Positions 11,660 through 23,814 of a DNA stretch of 64,000 nt are shown here, piece after piece. The DNA lies in assembly GCF_009914755.1 (NCBI RefSeq), contig NC_060931.1. One strand, written 5' to 3'. Numbering within the stretch: position 1 is the first letter of the stretch; every line of letters begins with the position of its first letter. The notes below the pieces were generated by a model that was not told where the DNA came from, did no database searches, and worked only from the letters and a program-made list of their open reading frames with translations. Made by a program: the position numbers and the translations under genes. Origin of the DNA: the human T2T-CHM13v2.0 reference genome, Homo sapiens.

Positions 11660-13924
11660 TGATATGGTTTGGCTGTGTTCCTACCTGAATCTCGTCTTGA
11701 ATTGCAGTTCCCATAATCCCTATATGTAGCGGGAGGGACCAGGTGGAAATAATTGAAACATGGGGGCAGTTGCCCCATCCTGTTCTCATGATAGTGAGTT
11801 AGTTCTCATGAGAGCTGATGGTTTTATAAAGGGCTTCCCCCTTTGTTGGGCACTCATTCTTCTCTCTCCTGCCACCATGTGGAGAAGGACATGTTTGCTT
11901 CCCTTCCACCATGATTGTAAGTTTCCTGATGCCTCCCCAGCCATGCTGAACTGTGAGTCAATTAAACCTCTTTCCTTTATAAACTACCCAGCCTCAGGTA
12001 TGTCTTCATTAGCAGCATAAGAATGAACTAATAGAGTAAATTGGTACTGAGTAGTTGGGCACTGCTGTAAAGATATCCAAAAATGTGGAAGCGACTTTGA
12101 AACTGGGTAAGAGGCAGAGTCTGAAACAGTTTAGAGTGCTCAGAGATAGGAAAATGTGGGAAAGTTTGGAACTTGCTAGAAACTTGGAGGGCTCAGAAGA
12201 CAGAAAGATGTGGGAAAGTTTGGAATTTCCTAGAGACTTGTGGAATGGCTTTGACCAAAATGCTGATAGATAGTGATATGAACAATGACATCCAGGCTAA
12301 GGTGGTCTCAGATGGAGATGAGGAACTTGTTGGGAAATGGAGCAAAGGTAACTCTTGCTGTGCTTTAGCAAAGAGACTGGTGGGTTTTTGCCCTTGCCCT
12401 AGAGATCTGTGGTACTTGGAATTTAAGGGAGATTATTTAGGGTATGTGGTGGAAGAAATTTTTGAGTGGCAAAACATTCAAGAGGAAGCAGAGCATAAAA
12501 GTTTGGATAATTTGTAGCCTGAGGATGCAGTAACAAAGAAAAACCCATCTTCTGGGGAAAAATTTAGGCCAGTTGCAGAAATTTGCATAAGTAATGAGGA
12601 ACCCAATGTTAATCACCAAGACAATAAGGAAAATGTCTCCAGGGGATGTCAGAGAAGTCGTGGCAATCCCTCCCATTACAGGCCCAGAGGCCTAGGAGGG
12701 AAAAATTGTTTCCTGGCTCAGGTCCCCAGACCTTCTGCTGTGTGCAGCCTCAGGACTGCCTCCTAGCAGCTTTAGTTATGGCTAAAGTGAGCCAAGCTAC
12801 TGCTCACATCATGGCTTCAGAAGGTGCAAGCCCCAAGCCTTGGCAGCTTCCATGTGGTGTTGAGACTGTGGGTACAGAGAAGTCAAGAATTGAGGTTTAG
12901 GAACCTCCACCTAGATTTCAGAGGATGTATGGAAATGCCTGGATTTCCAGAGAACCTCTCCTAGGGCAATGTGAAAGAGAAATGTGGGGTCAGATCCCTC
13001 ACATGGAGTCCCCACTGTGACACTGCCTAGTGGAGCTGTGAGAAGAGGGTCACCATCCTGCAGACCCCAGAATGGTAGATCCACTGACAGCTCATGTGCC
13101 TGGAAAAGCTGCAGGCACTCAATGCCAGCCTGTGAAAGCAGCCAGGAGAGGGGCCATCCCTGAAAAGCCACAGGAGCAGAGCTGCCCAAGGCTATACAAG
13201 ACCACATCCAGTGTGACCAGGATGTGAGGCACGGAGTCAAAGGAGATCATTTTGGAACTTTAAGGTTTAATGATTGCCCTATTGCATTTTGGGCTTCCAT
13301 GGGCCTGTATCTCTTTGTTTTGGACAATTTCTCCTATTTGGAATGGGTGTATTTACCAAATGCCTGTTACCTCCATTGTATCTAGGAAGTAACTAACTTG
13401 TTTTTGATTTTACCGGTTCTTAGGCAGAAGACACTTGCTTTGTCTCAGATGAGACTTTGGACTGGGACTTTTGAGTTAATTCTGGAATGAGTTAAGGCTT
13501 TGGTGGAATGTCGGAAGGGTGTGATTGTGTCTTGAATTGTGAGGACATGAGATTTGAGAGAGGCCGGGGACAGAATGATATGGTTTGGCTGTGTCCCCAT
13601 CCAAATCTTATCTTGAATTGTAGTTCCCATAATCCCTATGTGTCATGGGAGGGACCAGGTGGAGAAAATTGAATCATGGGGAGAGTTTCTCTCATCCTGT
13701 TCTATAGTAGTGAGTTAGTTCTCAAAAGATTGGGCGGTTTTATGAGGGGCTTCCCCCTTTGATGGGCAGTCATTATTTTATCTCCTTCTGCCACGTGAAG
13801 GACGTGTTTGTTTCCCCTTCTGCCATGATTGTAAATTTCCTGAGGCCTCCCCAGCCATGCTGGACTGTGAGTCAATTAAACCTCTTTCTTTTGTGAATTA
13901 CCCAGTCTCAGGTATGTCTTTATT
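11660..13924 (+). mobile_element. Near full-length THE1D-like MaLR: 5' LTR 11660-12035, internal 12036-13575, 3' LTR 13576-13924 (clipped)
   Basis: Two similar LTRs; internal starts GTAAATTGGTAC and ends at polypurine tract GAGAGAGGCCGGGGACAGAA. Confidence 0.93.
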
Positions 13925-14796
13925 GTAGCAACCATGGAAAACTATATGGAGGTTTCTAAAAATATTAAAATTGTCATACCATGTGATCTAGCAAGCCCAC
14001 ATATAAGCATATATCCAAAATAACTGAAATCAAGATCTTGAAGAGACATATGCATTTCAATGTTTATTGCAGCAATATTCACAATAACCAAGATGTGAAA
14101 ACAACTTAATTGTACATCCACGGATGAAAGCATAAAGAAAATGTGATATATACATTCAATGGAATACTATTTTGACTTTAAAGAAAGGAAATCTTGCCAT
14201 TTGTGATAACGTGTAACTTTGAGGGCATTATGCGAATTGAAGTAAGCCAGTCACAAAAGACAAATACTATGAGGTGTCTAACTAAAATAGTCAAATTCAT
14301 AGAATCAAAGTGTGCAATAATGGTTCCCAGGGCTAGAGGGAGAGGAAAAATAGGGAGTTACTTTTTTATTAACCATTTTTTATTTATTTTTAATTGAAGC
14401 TAAAAAGTGTATATATTTAAGGTATAAACATGATGTTTTCATATCTGTACACATTGTAGAATGGCTAAATCAAGTTATTTAACATATGCATTACCTCACG
14501 TCCTTATTTTTTGTGGTGATTAAAATCTATTCTCTTAGGAATTTTCAAGTATATGATATAGCATTATTAACTGTGGTCAACATTTTATACTATAGATCTC
14601 TTGAACTTATTTCTGTCTACATAAAATTTTGTTCAATAATAATTTTATTTTTTTAATTAATAAAATCTTTGACTAATATCTCCTCACTCCCCCCACTCTC
14701 CATCCGCTAGTAACCATCACTTTACTCTCTGTTCCTAGGAGTTCAAATTTTTTTAACACTCCACAATAAATATGATGTAGTATTTGTCTTTCTGTG

Positions 14797-15000
14797 CACC
14801 TTAGCCTCCCAAGTCACTGGGACTGCAGACACATGCCAGGTCCAGCTAATTTTTCCTTTTTTTTTTTTTTGGTAGAGATGGGGTTTCCCATATTGCACAG
14901 GCTGGTCTCGAACTCCTGAGCTTAGGTAATCTGCCTGCCTTGGCTTCCACGAGTGTTGGGATTACAGGCGTGAGCCATTGTGCCCACCCCCCTATGTTTT
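14797..15000 (-). mobile_element. Tail-less partial AluJ, apparently a local copy of 15973-16174
   Basis: Alu sequence ending GTGCCCACCCCCCTATGTTTT, identical to the downstream Alu/flank junction. Confidence 0.8.
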
Positions 15001-15834
15001 AACATAATATAATGTTCAGGTTTGTCCAGGTTGTCACAAATGACAGGTTTTCCTTCTTTTTTGAGGCTGAATAGTATCTCATTGTGTATATATTCCACAT
15101 TCTTAAATCTAGTTATCTGTTGATGGACATTGAGAATGATTCCATATCTTGGCTATTGTGATTAATGCTGCAGTGAACATGGGAGTCCAGATACCTCTTC
15201 CACATACTGATTTCATTTCCTTTGGATATATACCCAGTAGTAGAACTGCTGAATCACATAATAGTTCCATTTTTAATTTTTTTGAGGAATGTACATGATG
15301 TTTTCCATAACAGCTATACTAATTTACTTTCCCTCCAACAGTGTACAAGGGTTTCCTTTTCTCCATACCCTCACCAACACTTGCTCTTTTTCATCTTTTT
15401 GATAATACCCATGCTAACAGAAGTGAGGCAATATCTCATTGTGATTTTAATTTACTTTTCCCTGATGATTAGTAATGCTGAGCATTTTTTCATAAACTTG
15501 ATGGCTACTTGTATGTCTTTTTTACAGAAAGGCTTATTCTGTTTCTTTACCCATTTTTTTAATTGGGTTATTTGTTTTCTTGCTAGTGGGTTGTTTGAAT
15601 TCCCTATCTATCTTGGATATTAACCTCTTATCCAATGTACTACTTGCAAATATTTTCTCTCATTCTATAGGTTATCTCTTCATTCTGTTGATTGTTTCCT
15701 TTGCTATACAGAAGCTTTTTAGTTTCATGTAATCTCATTTGCCCATTTTTGCTTTTGTTGCCTGTGCTTTTGGGCCCATAGCCAAAACATCTTTGTTCAG
15801 ACCAATATTATGGACTTTTTACCTTATGTTTTCT

Positions 15835-16163
15835 TTCTTTTTAATTTTTTTTTTCAGAGGGAGTCTCACTTTGTCACCCAGGCTGGAGTACATTGGAGGC
15901 ATAAACCCCTCACTATAACTTCACTATAACAGCTCACTATAACCCCTACCTCCCAGGCTCAAGCAATCCTCCCACCTCAGCCTCCCAAGTCCCTGGGACC
16001 ACAGACACGTGCCACCAAGTCCACCTAATTTTTTGTTGTTGTTGTTAGAGATGGGGTCTCACCATGTTGCCCAGGCTGGTCTCGAATGCCTGAGCTTAAG
16101 AATTCTGCCCACCTTGGCTTTCACAGGTGTTGGAATTACAGGCATGAGCCACTGTGCCCACCC
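15835..16163 (-). mobile_element. AluJ-like, full length
   Basis: T-tail, GCTCAAGCAATCCTCCCACCTCAGCC; TSD CC(T/C)TATGTTTTCTT; internal triplicated TCACTATAAC. Confidence 0.92.
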
Positions 16164-16509
16164 CCCTATGTTTTCTTCTAGTAGTTATACAGTTTCAGGT
16201 CTTGTGTTTAAGTCTTTAATTCATTTTGAGTTGATTTTTGTATATGGTGTGAGATAGGGGACTAATTTTATTATTCTGCATGTGGATATCCAGTTTTCCT
16301 AACATACTTTATTGAACAGACTATCCTGTCTCCAGGAAATGGGGAGTTACTAATCAACAGGCATAAATTTTCAGTTAAGCAAGCAGAATAAGCTCTAGAG
16401 ATCTACTGTACAACATTGTACCCATACCTAACATAATAATGTATACTTAACATTTTTTAAGACGGTATATCTCATTTTAAGTCTTCTTACCACAAGAAAG
16501 TAATACTTT

Positions 16510-17400
16510 TTGAAAAAAAGAAATAAAATGTTCAATAGGAAGGGTAAAATAAAGATTTTTTTTAACTGAGAGAATTGATAGGATATCTAGTGGTTTAATC
16601 CAGGAATTCAGCTACCCTGTTAATATTACTTTGAGGAAGGGAGAAGAAATACAAAATCTTTGAGAAATTAAGCAAAGAAAAAAAGACAAAAACATTTTGG
16701 AGCTAATTAGAGATGAGAATCTTCAAGATATATATTCTAAATTCCAACAAGGATGGATTTTTAAACTCACCAAAATAAATGTATTATTGTGAACTTTCAG
16801 ACCACCAAGAATAACTAAAAGTTTTCAAAACAAAACAACAAACATTATAAAACAATGGATCACTCAAAGAATAAGGAGTTAGACTGGCATTAGAATTTTT
16901 ATCAGCAATATTAAAGGTCAGACAACAATTATATCAATTCCTTTAAAGGTCTATGGGAAAATAATTTTCAGTCTAGGATTCCAGCCAAATTCATTAACAA
17001 GTGTGAGGTTAAGATTAAAAACATTTTTATAAATAAAAATGATCAGATGTTTTTTCTGCCATGCACACCATATTGGGAGGCTATACCTGAAGGTGTACAA
17101 TGGCAATATTGGATTAGAAATCAAAAAAAGAAGAAATTATAGAATCTAGGAAACAATCAAGCACACAATAGGGACAGTGATGCAATAATACAGGATGGCA
17201 GGTTCTAAGCCACTTTAAATCACAATCTGTCCAGTACTAAGTAGAAAGACTGAGTGAACTACAGAGGCAGTTCTCCACATAAAAAGAAAAGGAAAGTGTT
17301 TGAATGAGAAATTCTGATGTAAAACATACAAAGTGAATGAGAAGCAATTAGAAACGTCAATAACCAGAAACTATACAGAAGCCAAGGTTCAAATATTAGG
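16510..17400 (+). mobile_element. Old L1ME-like ORF1 remnant
   Basis: GTTAGACTGGCATTAGAATTTTTATCAGCAA; GGAAAATAATTTTCAGTCTAGGATTC resemble the ORF1 C-terminal region. Confidence 0.6.
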
Positions 17401-17497
17401 AAATGGTTTTAAATTAGATTTTAATTGGGAGGCTTTGATTGGGAGCCTGCCCATCTCGTGAATCATTAAGTCAGTGGACTTCAAAAAATAAATAGTT

Positions 17498-17665
17498 GCC
17501 AAGCATGGTGGCTCACAGCTGCAATCCCAGCACTTTGAGAGGCTGAGGCAAGAGGATCACTTGAGTCCAGACAGTCAAGGCTGTAGTGCGCCATGATCAT
17601 GTCACTGCACGCCAGCTTGGGAAACAGTGAGACATTGATTCAAAAAACAAAAACAAAAACAAAAA
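17498..17665 (+). mobile_element. Alu monomer (FAM/FRAM-like)
   Basis: GCCAAGCATGGTGGCTCAC...single arm followed by (CAAAAA)n tail. Confidence 0.85.
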
Positions 17666-17714
17666 CTCACAGCTTCTAATTAACCCCAAGTTATTTTAAG
17701 ATATGTATTGCATT

Positions 17715-18211
17715 TATTAAAGCAAACTAAATATAGCCCTTCTCAGGCTATATTTAGCCTGAGAAATACAGAAGGACTTCGTACTTCTATGTTTAAGTCC
17801 TTGTGGATGAACCATCACCTACATTAATAGGTAGACAAGATCAAAAACCTAACTTAAGAGTATGCGCTTGTAACAATAGCTGAGTCTTGACCAACCCCAT
17901 CAGCCAATCCCAAATACTCATACACTGCTGAGTGTTCAAACTGTGTTCAAATAAGGCAAACACCAACCTGTAACCCATCCAGCTGTTTCTGCACCTCACT
18001 TCCAAATTCTGTATGTCACTTTCTTTCTTTCTTTTTTTTTTTCTTTTTGTCTGTACATTTGTTCTGACCACAAAGCATCCCTGGAGTCTCTCTGAAGGCA
18101 TCTCTGGAGTCTCTCTGAATCTGCAGTGATTGGGAGGCTGCCCAACTCATGAATCATTTTTTTCTTGCTCAATTAAACTCTGTTACTTTTAATTTGTCTG
18201 AAGTTTTAACA
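17715..18211 (+). mobile_element. MER57-like ERV1 solo LTR
   Basis: TTAAAGCAAACTAAATATAGCC..., GTGTTCAAATAAGGCAAAC, CTCAATTAAACTCTGTTA..TTTTAACA; 4-bp TSD CATT. Confidence 0.85.
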
Positions 18212-19366
18212 CATTCAAGCTAAAAAGTTTCATGACTATATATATCTTTGTATTAAAAAAATTTTTAAGAAGTATTGCCAGAAATAATATTAGGTCAGAA
18301 AACATATTGTGACATTATCCACTTGCATGTTTGTACCATTCATATCAGGATTCTTGAACCCTCATAGTGAGGGAAAAAAAGGTGCAAAGTACAAAGAAAA
18401 CACAAATAACTGAAAGATCAAAACCACAGATAGCATCTATAGGGTAAACTCAAGATCAGAGAATGGTTAATATCTTCAGTTTATTTTAACAAATATCCTT
18501 TGAAAGGGAACTACAATATACTACGATTTTACTTAAAATATAAATAATTTTTAAAAACTTAATATGAATTATTCTACTTTTATAAAAATAAGATTTAAAA
18601 TTTAATCCATTAAAATTATTGGCTTTGGTGTTTTTAAGGATATGAACAAAACTTTATTCTAAGGAAAATATTTCTGACCTCTTTCTTTCCCTTCCTGGTC
18701 TTTCAAAGCCAGATTCTCAAAACTTAAATTATTTTCAAATAATTCTTAATGAATTCTATCTTTTGAATGAGGATGGGAGTTTCACTGCACTTCTCAAAAA
18801 TTATAGCAATATAGCAGTTTCAACAACTAAGAGTCTTTAAAAATATATCATGAATGAAATGATTTAAAATTGTTTTTAATGGTTTGTGCCTGAAAGTAGC
18901 AAAGTTACCCGTATCTGCATTCCTATAAACATGCAAAACAAATGTTTAGTGAGATACCGTAAGAGGAGAGGAGAAGGTCAGTCAAATGTAGATAAAGGGC
19001 TCTGACTTGGCTCTTAGTAAACTTATTGTCTAGATCTTGACAAAAGATGGCACTCAGGCCAATATAACTAACAATATTAAAGCTAGAGGTGAAGTTTCAG
19101 GACCCACTCAATATTGAGGATACTGAGAGACTTTAGAAATAAAAAGAGAGATTGTAGCTAAAGAGACACTCTTTAGAAACTATGAATCTGCTTTTTAAAG
19201 TGCCTTGAGATGAAAAATATTTTTAAACAGATATTTTTATGTATTTTAGTATATATTTTATACAATTATGTGTCTAATATGTATATTCTAGATTATATAA
19301 AAATAAACTTATTTCCTGTATTCCTACTTTCCCCATATATATTAAATAATATATTATTAAATTCTG

Positions 19367-19635
19367 TCTTCAGTACTTTTTCATTTCCCACTAGGGCAGA
19401 GTTGCTAGCTGCTCTGGTAATGGAACCCCAATTTGGCTGGGGCTCCCAAAACACACCATCACTCCATTTCAGTTATTGTGAGATGCTTAGGCATGCTCTA
19501 TCCTCAGGTCTTTGCAACTGATATTCTCTTTGTCTTGAACGTCACCCCCCACTCCCAGATTTCTGCATGATTTCGTTGAAATCTTTACAATAAATTCTCT
19601 TGATAAGCTATCTAAGACATCAACGCATTATCTCT
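19367..19635. repeat. Left arm of ~270-bp inverted duplication (partner 21360-21635)
   Basis: Direct reverse-complement match; 8 mismatches and 1 gap over the first ~135 bp. Confidence 0.95.
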
Positions 19636-19828
19636 GTCTCTTGCCTTTTTTCTTATTATTTCTAGTTATCTAATATACATGTAGTTTATTCACTTATTGA
19701 TTGTCTTTATCTCTCAATAGAATGTAGCTTTCAGGAGGCCAGAGGGTTTGTTTGTATACTGTCAACTCTCTAGAATAGTGATTGACATATAATAGGCATA
19801 TGGTAAACATTGTTTAATAAGTGGATGT
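19460..19828 (+). mobile_element. L2 3' end
   Basis: CTCAGGTCTTTGCA.., TAGAATGTAGCTTTCAGGAGGCCAG.., terminal GACATATAATAGGC..TTGTTTAATAAGTGGATG. Confidence 0.7.
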
Positions 19829-21087
19829 TTATAAAAATAATTCTGCTTTTATATACCCTTCCCTTTGTATCCATCCCAAGACATAGGTGCATAGGTGTTT
19901 AACCTGTTAATCAGAGACTTGGTTAATACTTGATTCTAGTTTGCAATTCTAAAAGAACTGTCTGACCTAGGGTAAATAATATAGAGCTACAGGGGTCAAT
20001 AAATTCTGCACATGTGTCTGAAAGCTGGAACTCTTATTTATCAGCAAGCAGGGTTTGGAACATAAGGGTAGATACTGGAGTGTCAGAAGCGTGCATATTG
20101 AGCACCAAATTCCCCCAAGCTGAGAACTGTAAGGTCATTATTTTCTGCTTCTCACAGAAAGTAGAGCTGATGCCTCCCAACAGTCCAAACACTGGGATAC
20201 AAACATTCATGTACTTTCAACTCCAGGACAGGGAGTAATTCCCTATGGAATAATTGAGAGGTGGACATGTAGCACCTGGTATGCAATCAAGAAGACCATA
20301 CTTCCAAAGAAGAACTTCCTGAAGTGGAAAAAAGCTGGAGACTGTTAGTTGATTACATTATTCTCACCATAGGAGAGAGGCTGGAGCACCGAAGAACTGT
20401 GAGGAGACTGGCAGAGTACATGATGCAGAGGAGAGTGATGTGCTGGCTCAGGGCCCAAGAGAGGATGTGGTAGTACCCCAGGAACAAGACCACAGCAGAT
20501 GCTGTTGGGAAGTACAGCACACATTGATAGTCAGTTGAAATGAGAAAATTTGGCCCAACTGTATCATAAAATTTAATTGTGATACAGTTGGTTGTGTCCT
20601 CCAAAAGTATATGGATCCCGGATAAGGAGCCTGAGGTCATTTTTCAAAATCAAAGCTAGGTCAGCAATAGAAACTAGAGGTTACATGGAAACACTTTTAG
20701 GCCTTGGTATATTGCATCTTTTTAGGTCCAGCTCTCAGAGGTATGGCTCCATTTCACGACTGGGGTAGAAACACATGTTGGGAGGAAAACCTGACCTCAG
20801 GACAGGTGACCTACATTCACACTAGGTCTGGGGACTATTTATAAACACGATCACATAAGTATTGTAAATAGGGCTACCAAATGAAAGGCAGTCATTAGGG
20901 TCAGTGGGAACTTTAAGCACTTGACAATTTGATTTGCCCTTTCTTATGCTTTTGTAAATTTAATTATTTTTACATGTATGCTGCCAAGAAGAACACAGGT
21001 AAATTTTATTTAACAAATATTTATTAAAAACATACCATGTGCCAAGCACTATATTCCTGTGCACTACTTGGATTTTATTTGATTTTG

Positions 21088-21358
<271 letters not shown>

Positions 21359-21359
21359 T

Positions 21360-21635
21360 AGGGATAATGTGTTGATGTCTTAGATAGCATATCCAGAGAA
21401 TTTATTGTAAAGATTTGAAAGAAGAGAAGTAGTTGGTCATACAGAAATCTGGGGGGAAATGTCCAAGGCAAAGAGAATAACAGTTGCAAAGACCTGATTA
21501 TAGAGCATGCCTAAGTATCCCAAAATAACTGAAGTGGAGTGATGGTGTGTTTTGGGAGCCTCCAGCCAAATTGGAGTTCCAGTACCAGAGCAGCTAGCAA
21601 CTCTGCCCTAGAGGGAAATGACAAAGTACTGAAGA
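21360..21635. repeat. Right arm of the inverted duplication (L2/LTR junction)
   Basis: Reverse complement of 19367-19635. Confidence 0.95.
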
Positions 21636-22330
21636 TGACTGTTTAGAGTAATCATGGGATACTTCTTTTGCCTTACAGACAGCCTAATGTCTAGTTTTGT
21701 GGGGGAGAGCAGATGTCCCTCACACAGGAAACTTGTTTACTCTTATGGCTCTTGACTGACTCATGTCCAGTTTATGCCTGCCTGACCATCACTTTGGCAC
21801 TGGGAGCCCGAATTTGTGTTCCTCCATGAATCCAGGGAGAAACCCAGGCTGGGGTAATTCCTGGTTCTTCAGATGGAAGGCACCAATTTAATACATCACC
21901 CCAATTAGAAACTAGTCCAAATATATTTAGTTATATAGATCCTGGGCAAAGGAGGGCATAATGAGTCAGGAGAGTAGTCATTCATCCCCAGGTCATGTGA
22001 AGCAGGAATGAAGAGTCAGGCAGAGAGAGAAGAGCACATGGCAGCTAGCAGTATATGTAAGGGAATAGGGTGTGGGTCACTTTAGGTTCACAGGCAAATC
22101 CATGAAATATCTCTTTAAAAATATGAACAGCAGGAAAGCAGGGAGCCCAGTTTGCTAGCCTGAAGTGATGCCTCTAAATTCTTATCCCTGGCCACCAACT
22201 TTAGCCATTTGATGTGATGTAAAACTGGAAACTGTCAAGGGTGACTGAGCCCTGCCTCTGGTATGAGAAAGTTAATCCTGCATTCAAAGATGGATACTGA
22301 GGCTATATAAATTTATAATCATTCACTAGA
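21546..22330 (-). mobile_element. ERVL solo LTR, MER54-like
   Basis: Minus strand begins TAGTGAATGATTATAAATTTATATAGCCTCAGTATCCATC...CAGGGCTCAGTCACCCTTGACAGTTTCCAG; about 785 bp; ATGG flanks both ends. Confidence 0.65.
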
Positions 22331-22745
22331 TGGTGGAAGGCAGTATTTAGAGTCAGAGAGATAATTTGGGGTGGTAGTGTAACTGGAAGGGTAAAAACAG
22401 GGCATACAGAGTCTTGTTGGCCATAGTTAAAACTTTAGGTTTTGCTCCAATTAGAGGAGAAACTTGGAGATTTTTGAGTGAAAGAATGACATCATGTGAC
22501 CACACAGGGCACTGGATTGACATCATCTAAACATGGGCAAAAGCAGAACCAGGGAGACCAGTGGTGATGATGAAAAGTGGCTAAATTCTGGTTTTACTTT
22601 GAAGATGGAACTGATAGGGGAGAAAGACAGGAGTCAAGTATTAAATCAAAATTTTCAGAATAAAAACTGGAAGAATGAATTGCCATTTACTGAGGTGTGG
22701 AAGACTCAAGGAGAAAAAGTAGTGGAGGAGGCATGTCAAGAGCTC
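22331..22745 (-). mobile_element. L2 fragment (continues 21360-21545)
   Basis: GTCTTGTTGGCCATAGTTAAAACTTTAGGTTTT; TGCCATTTACTGAGGTGTGGAAGACT. Confidence 0.7.
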
Positions 22746-23492
22746 AGAAATACCTGTTTAGAAAAAATTATTTTTAGATAAAAACAAATCATATTCATAT
22801 TTTCACTGTGGTGAAAATCTGAATCAAAATATTGTTCCCTATTTTGTTAGATAAAAACATAATCATTTTGAGATTTCTGAAATTATTAACAGAATCCATT
22901 TTTAGTCATTTGCTAGGCCCATATCTGGAGGATTCTTCTCCTATCCAATATATGTATTACAGGAGAATATACCTGTAATTGAGTAATTAGGCCTGGAAAC
23001 GAGCAGTTCATTTATTTTGGTCCTGAGAAAATATCATTAATCAAATTTATGAATGCAATGAAATCATTTCTTTCATGTTTATTAAAAGACATTATGAAAA
23101 TATTATCTCTAGTCTCAGCTGACAGTTCTAAACTTAATGTGACTTTTAATCAATGGCAACAAAATCAATTATGTCGCCACTGGGGGCACCTTAAGAAATG
23201 TAAATTACTACCAGTCAAAAAGTCTTTCCCTTTGGATTTATATCGTCACAAATTTCTTTTAAAAGAAAACTAGGAGCATAAAAAAGGAAACTAGAACCAT
23301 GTTTTTCAAGGATGTAGTGCTGTGTAGTGGAAAGTGCCCTTGTTTAGGAGAGAAAAATCAGTTTGTGATTCATTGTCCACTGTATACTAGCAGTGTAATA
23401 TTTAAAAAGTCAGTGATTTTATTAAGTAGCAGATTCTTATTCTTTAAAATACTTTCCTATAGCACAATATAAATGTAAAATGGCATTGTTAA

Positions 23493-23814
<322 letters not shown>

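Larger units (their letters stand above)
14362..16333 (-). mobile_element. L1MA6/7-like 3' fragment
   Basis: T-tail then GAATGGCTAAATCAAG..AACATATGCATTACCTCAC; TSD AAAT(A/G)GGGAGTTAC at 14348-14361 and 16337-16350. Confidence 0.85.
9250..16505 (+). mobile_element. L1MA8/9-L1MB-like element with 5' inversion (9250-9400), split by nested insertions (pieces 9400-9712, 10806-11659, 13925-14361, 16334-16505)
   Basis: Collinear ORF2 and 3' UTR sequence resumes after each insert; ends GCTCTAGAGATCTACTGTACAACATTGT...CTTACCACAAGAAA. Confidence 0.85.

Noticed and set aside
12125-12240. ~58-bp tandem repeat in the THE1 internal region
   Set aside because: As I recall this duplication is part of the THE1D-internal consensus, so it is not locus-specific
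588-16257. Numerous 60-150 aa ORFs in the first 16 kb
   Set aside because: All lie in decayed L1, Alu or THE1 sequence and are frameshifted fragments or antisense chance ORFs
23172-23192. CTCF-like CGCCACTGGGGGCACC
   Set aside because: Spacing does not fit the CCASYAGRKGGCRS core without several mismatches
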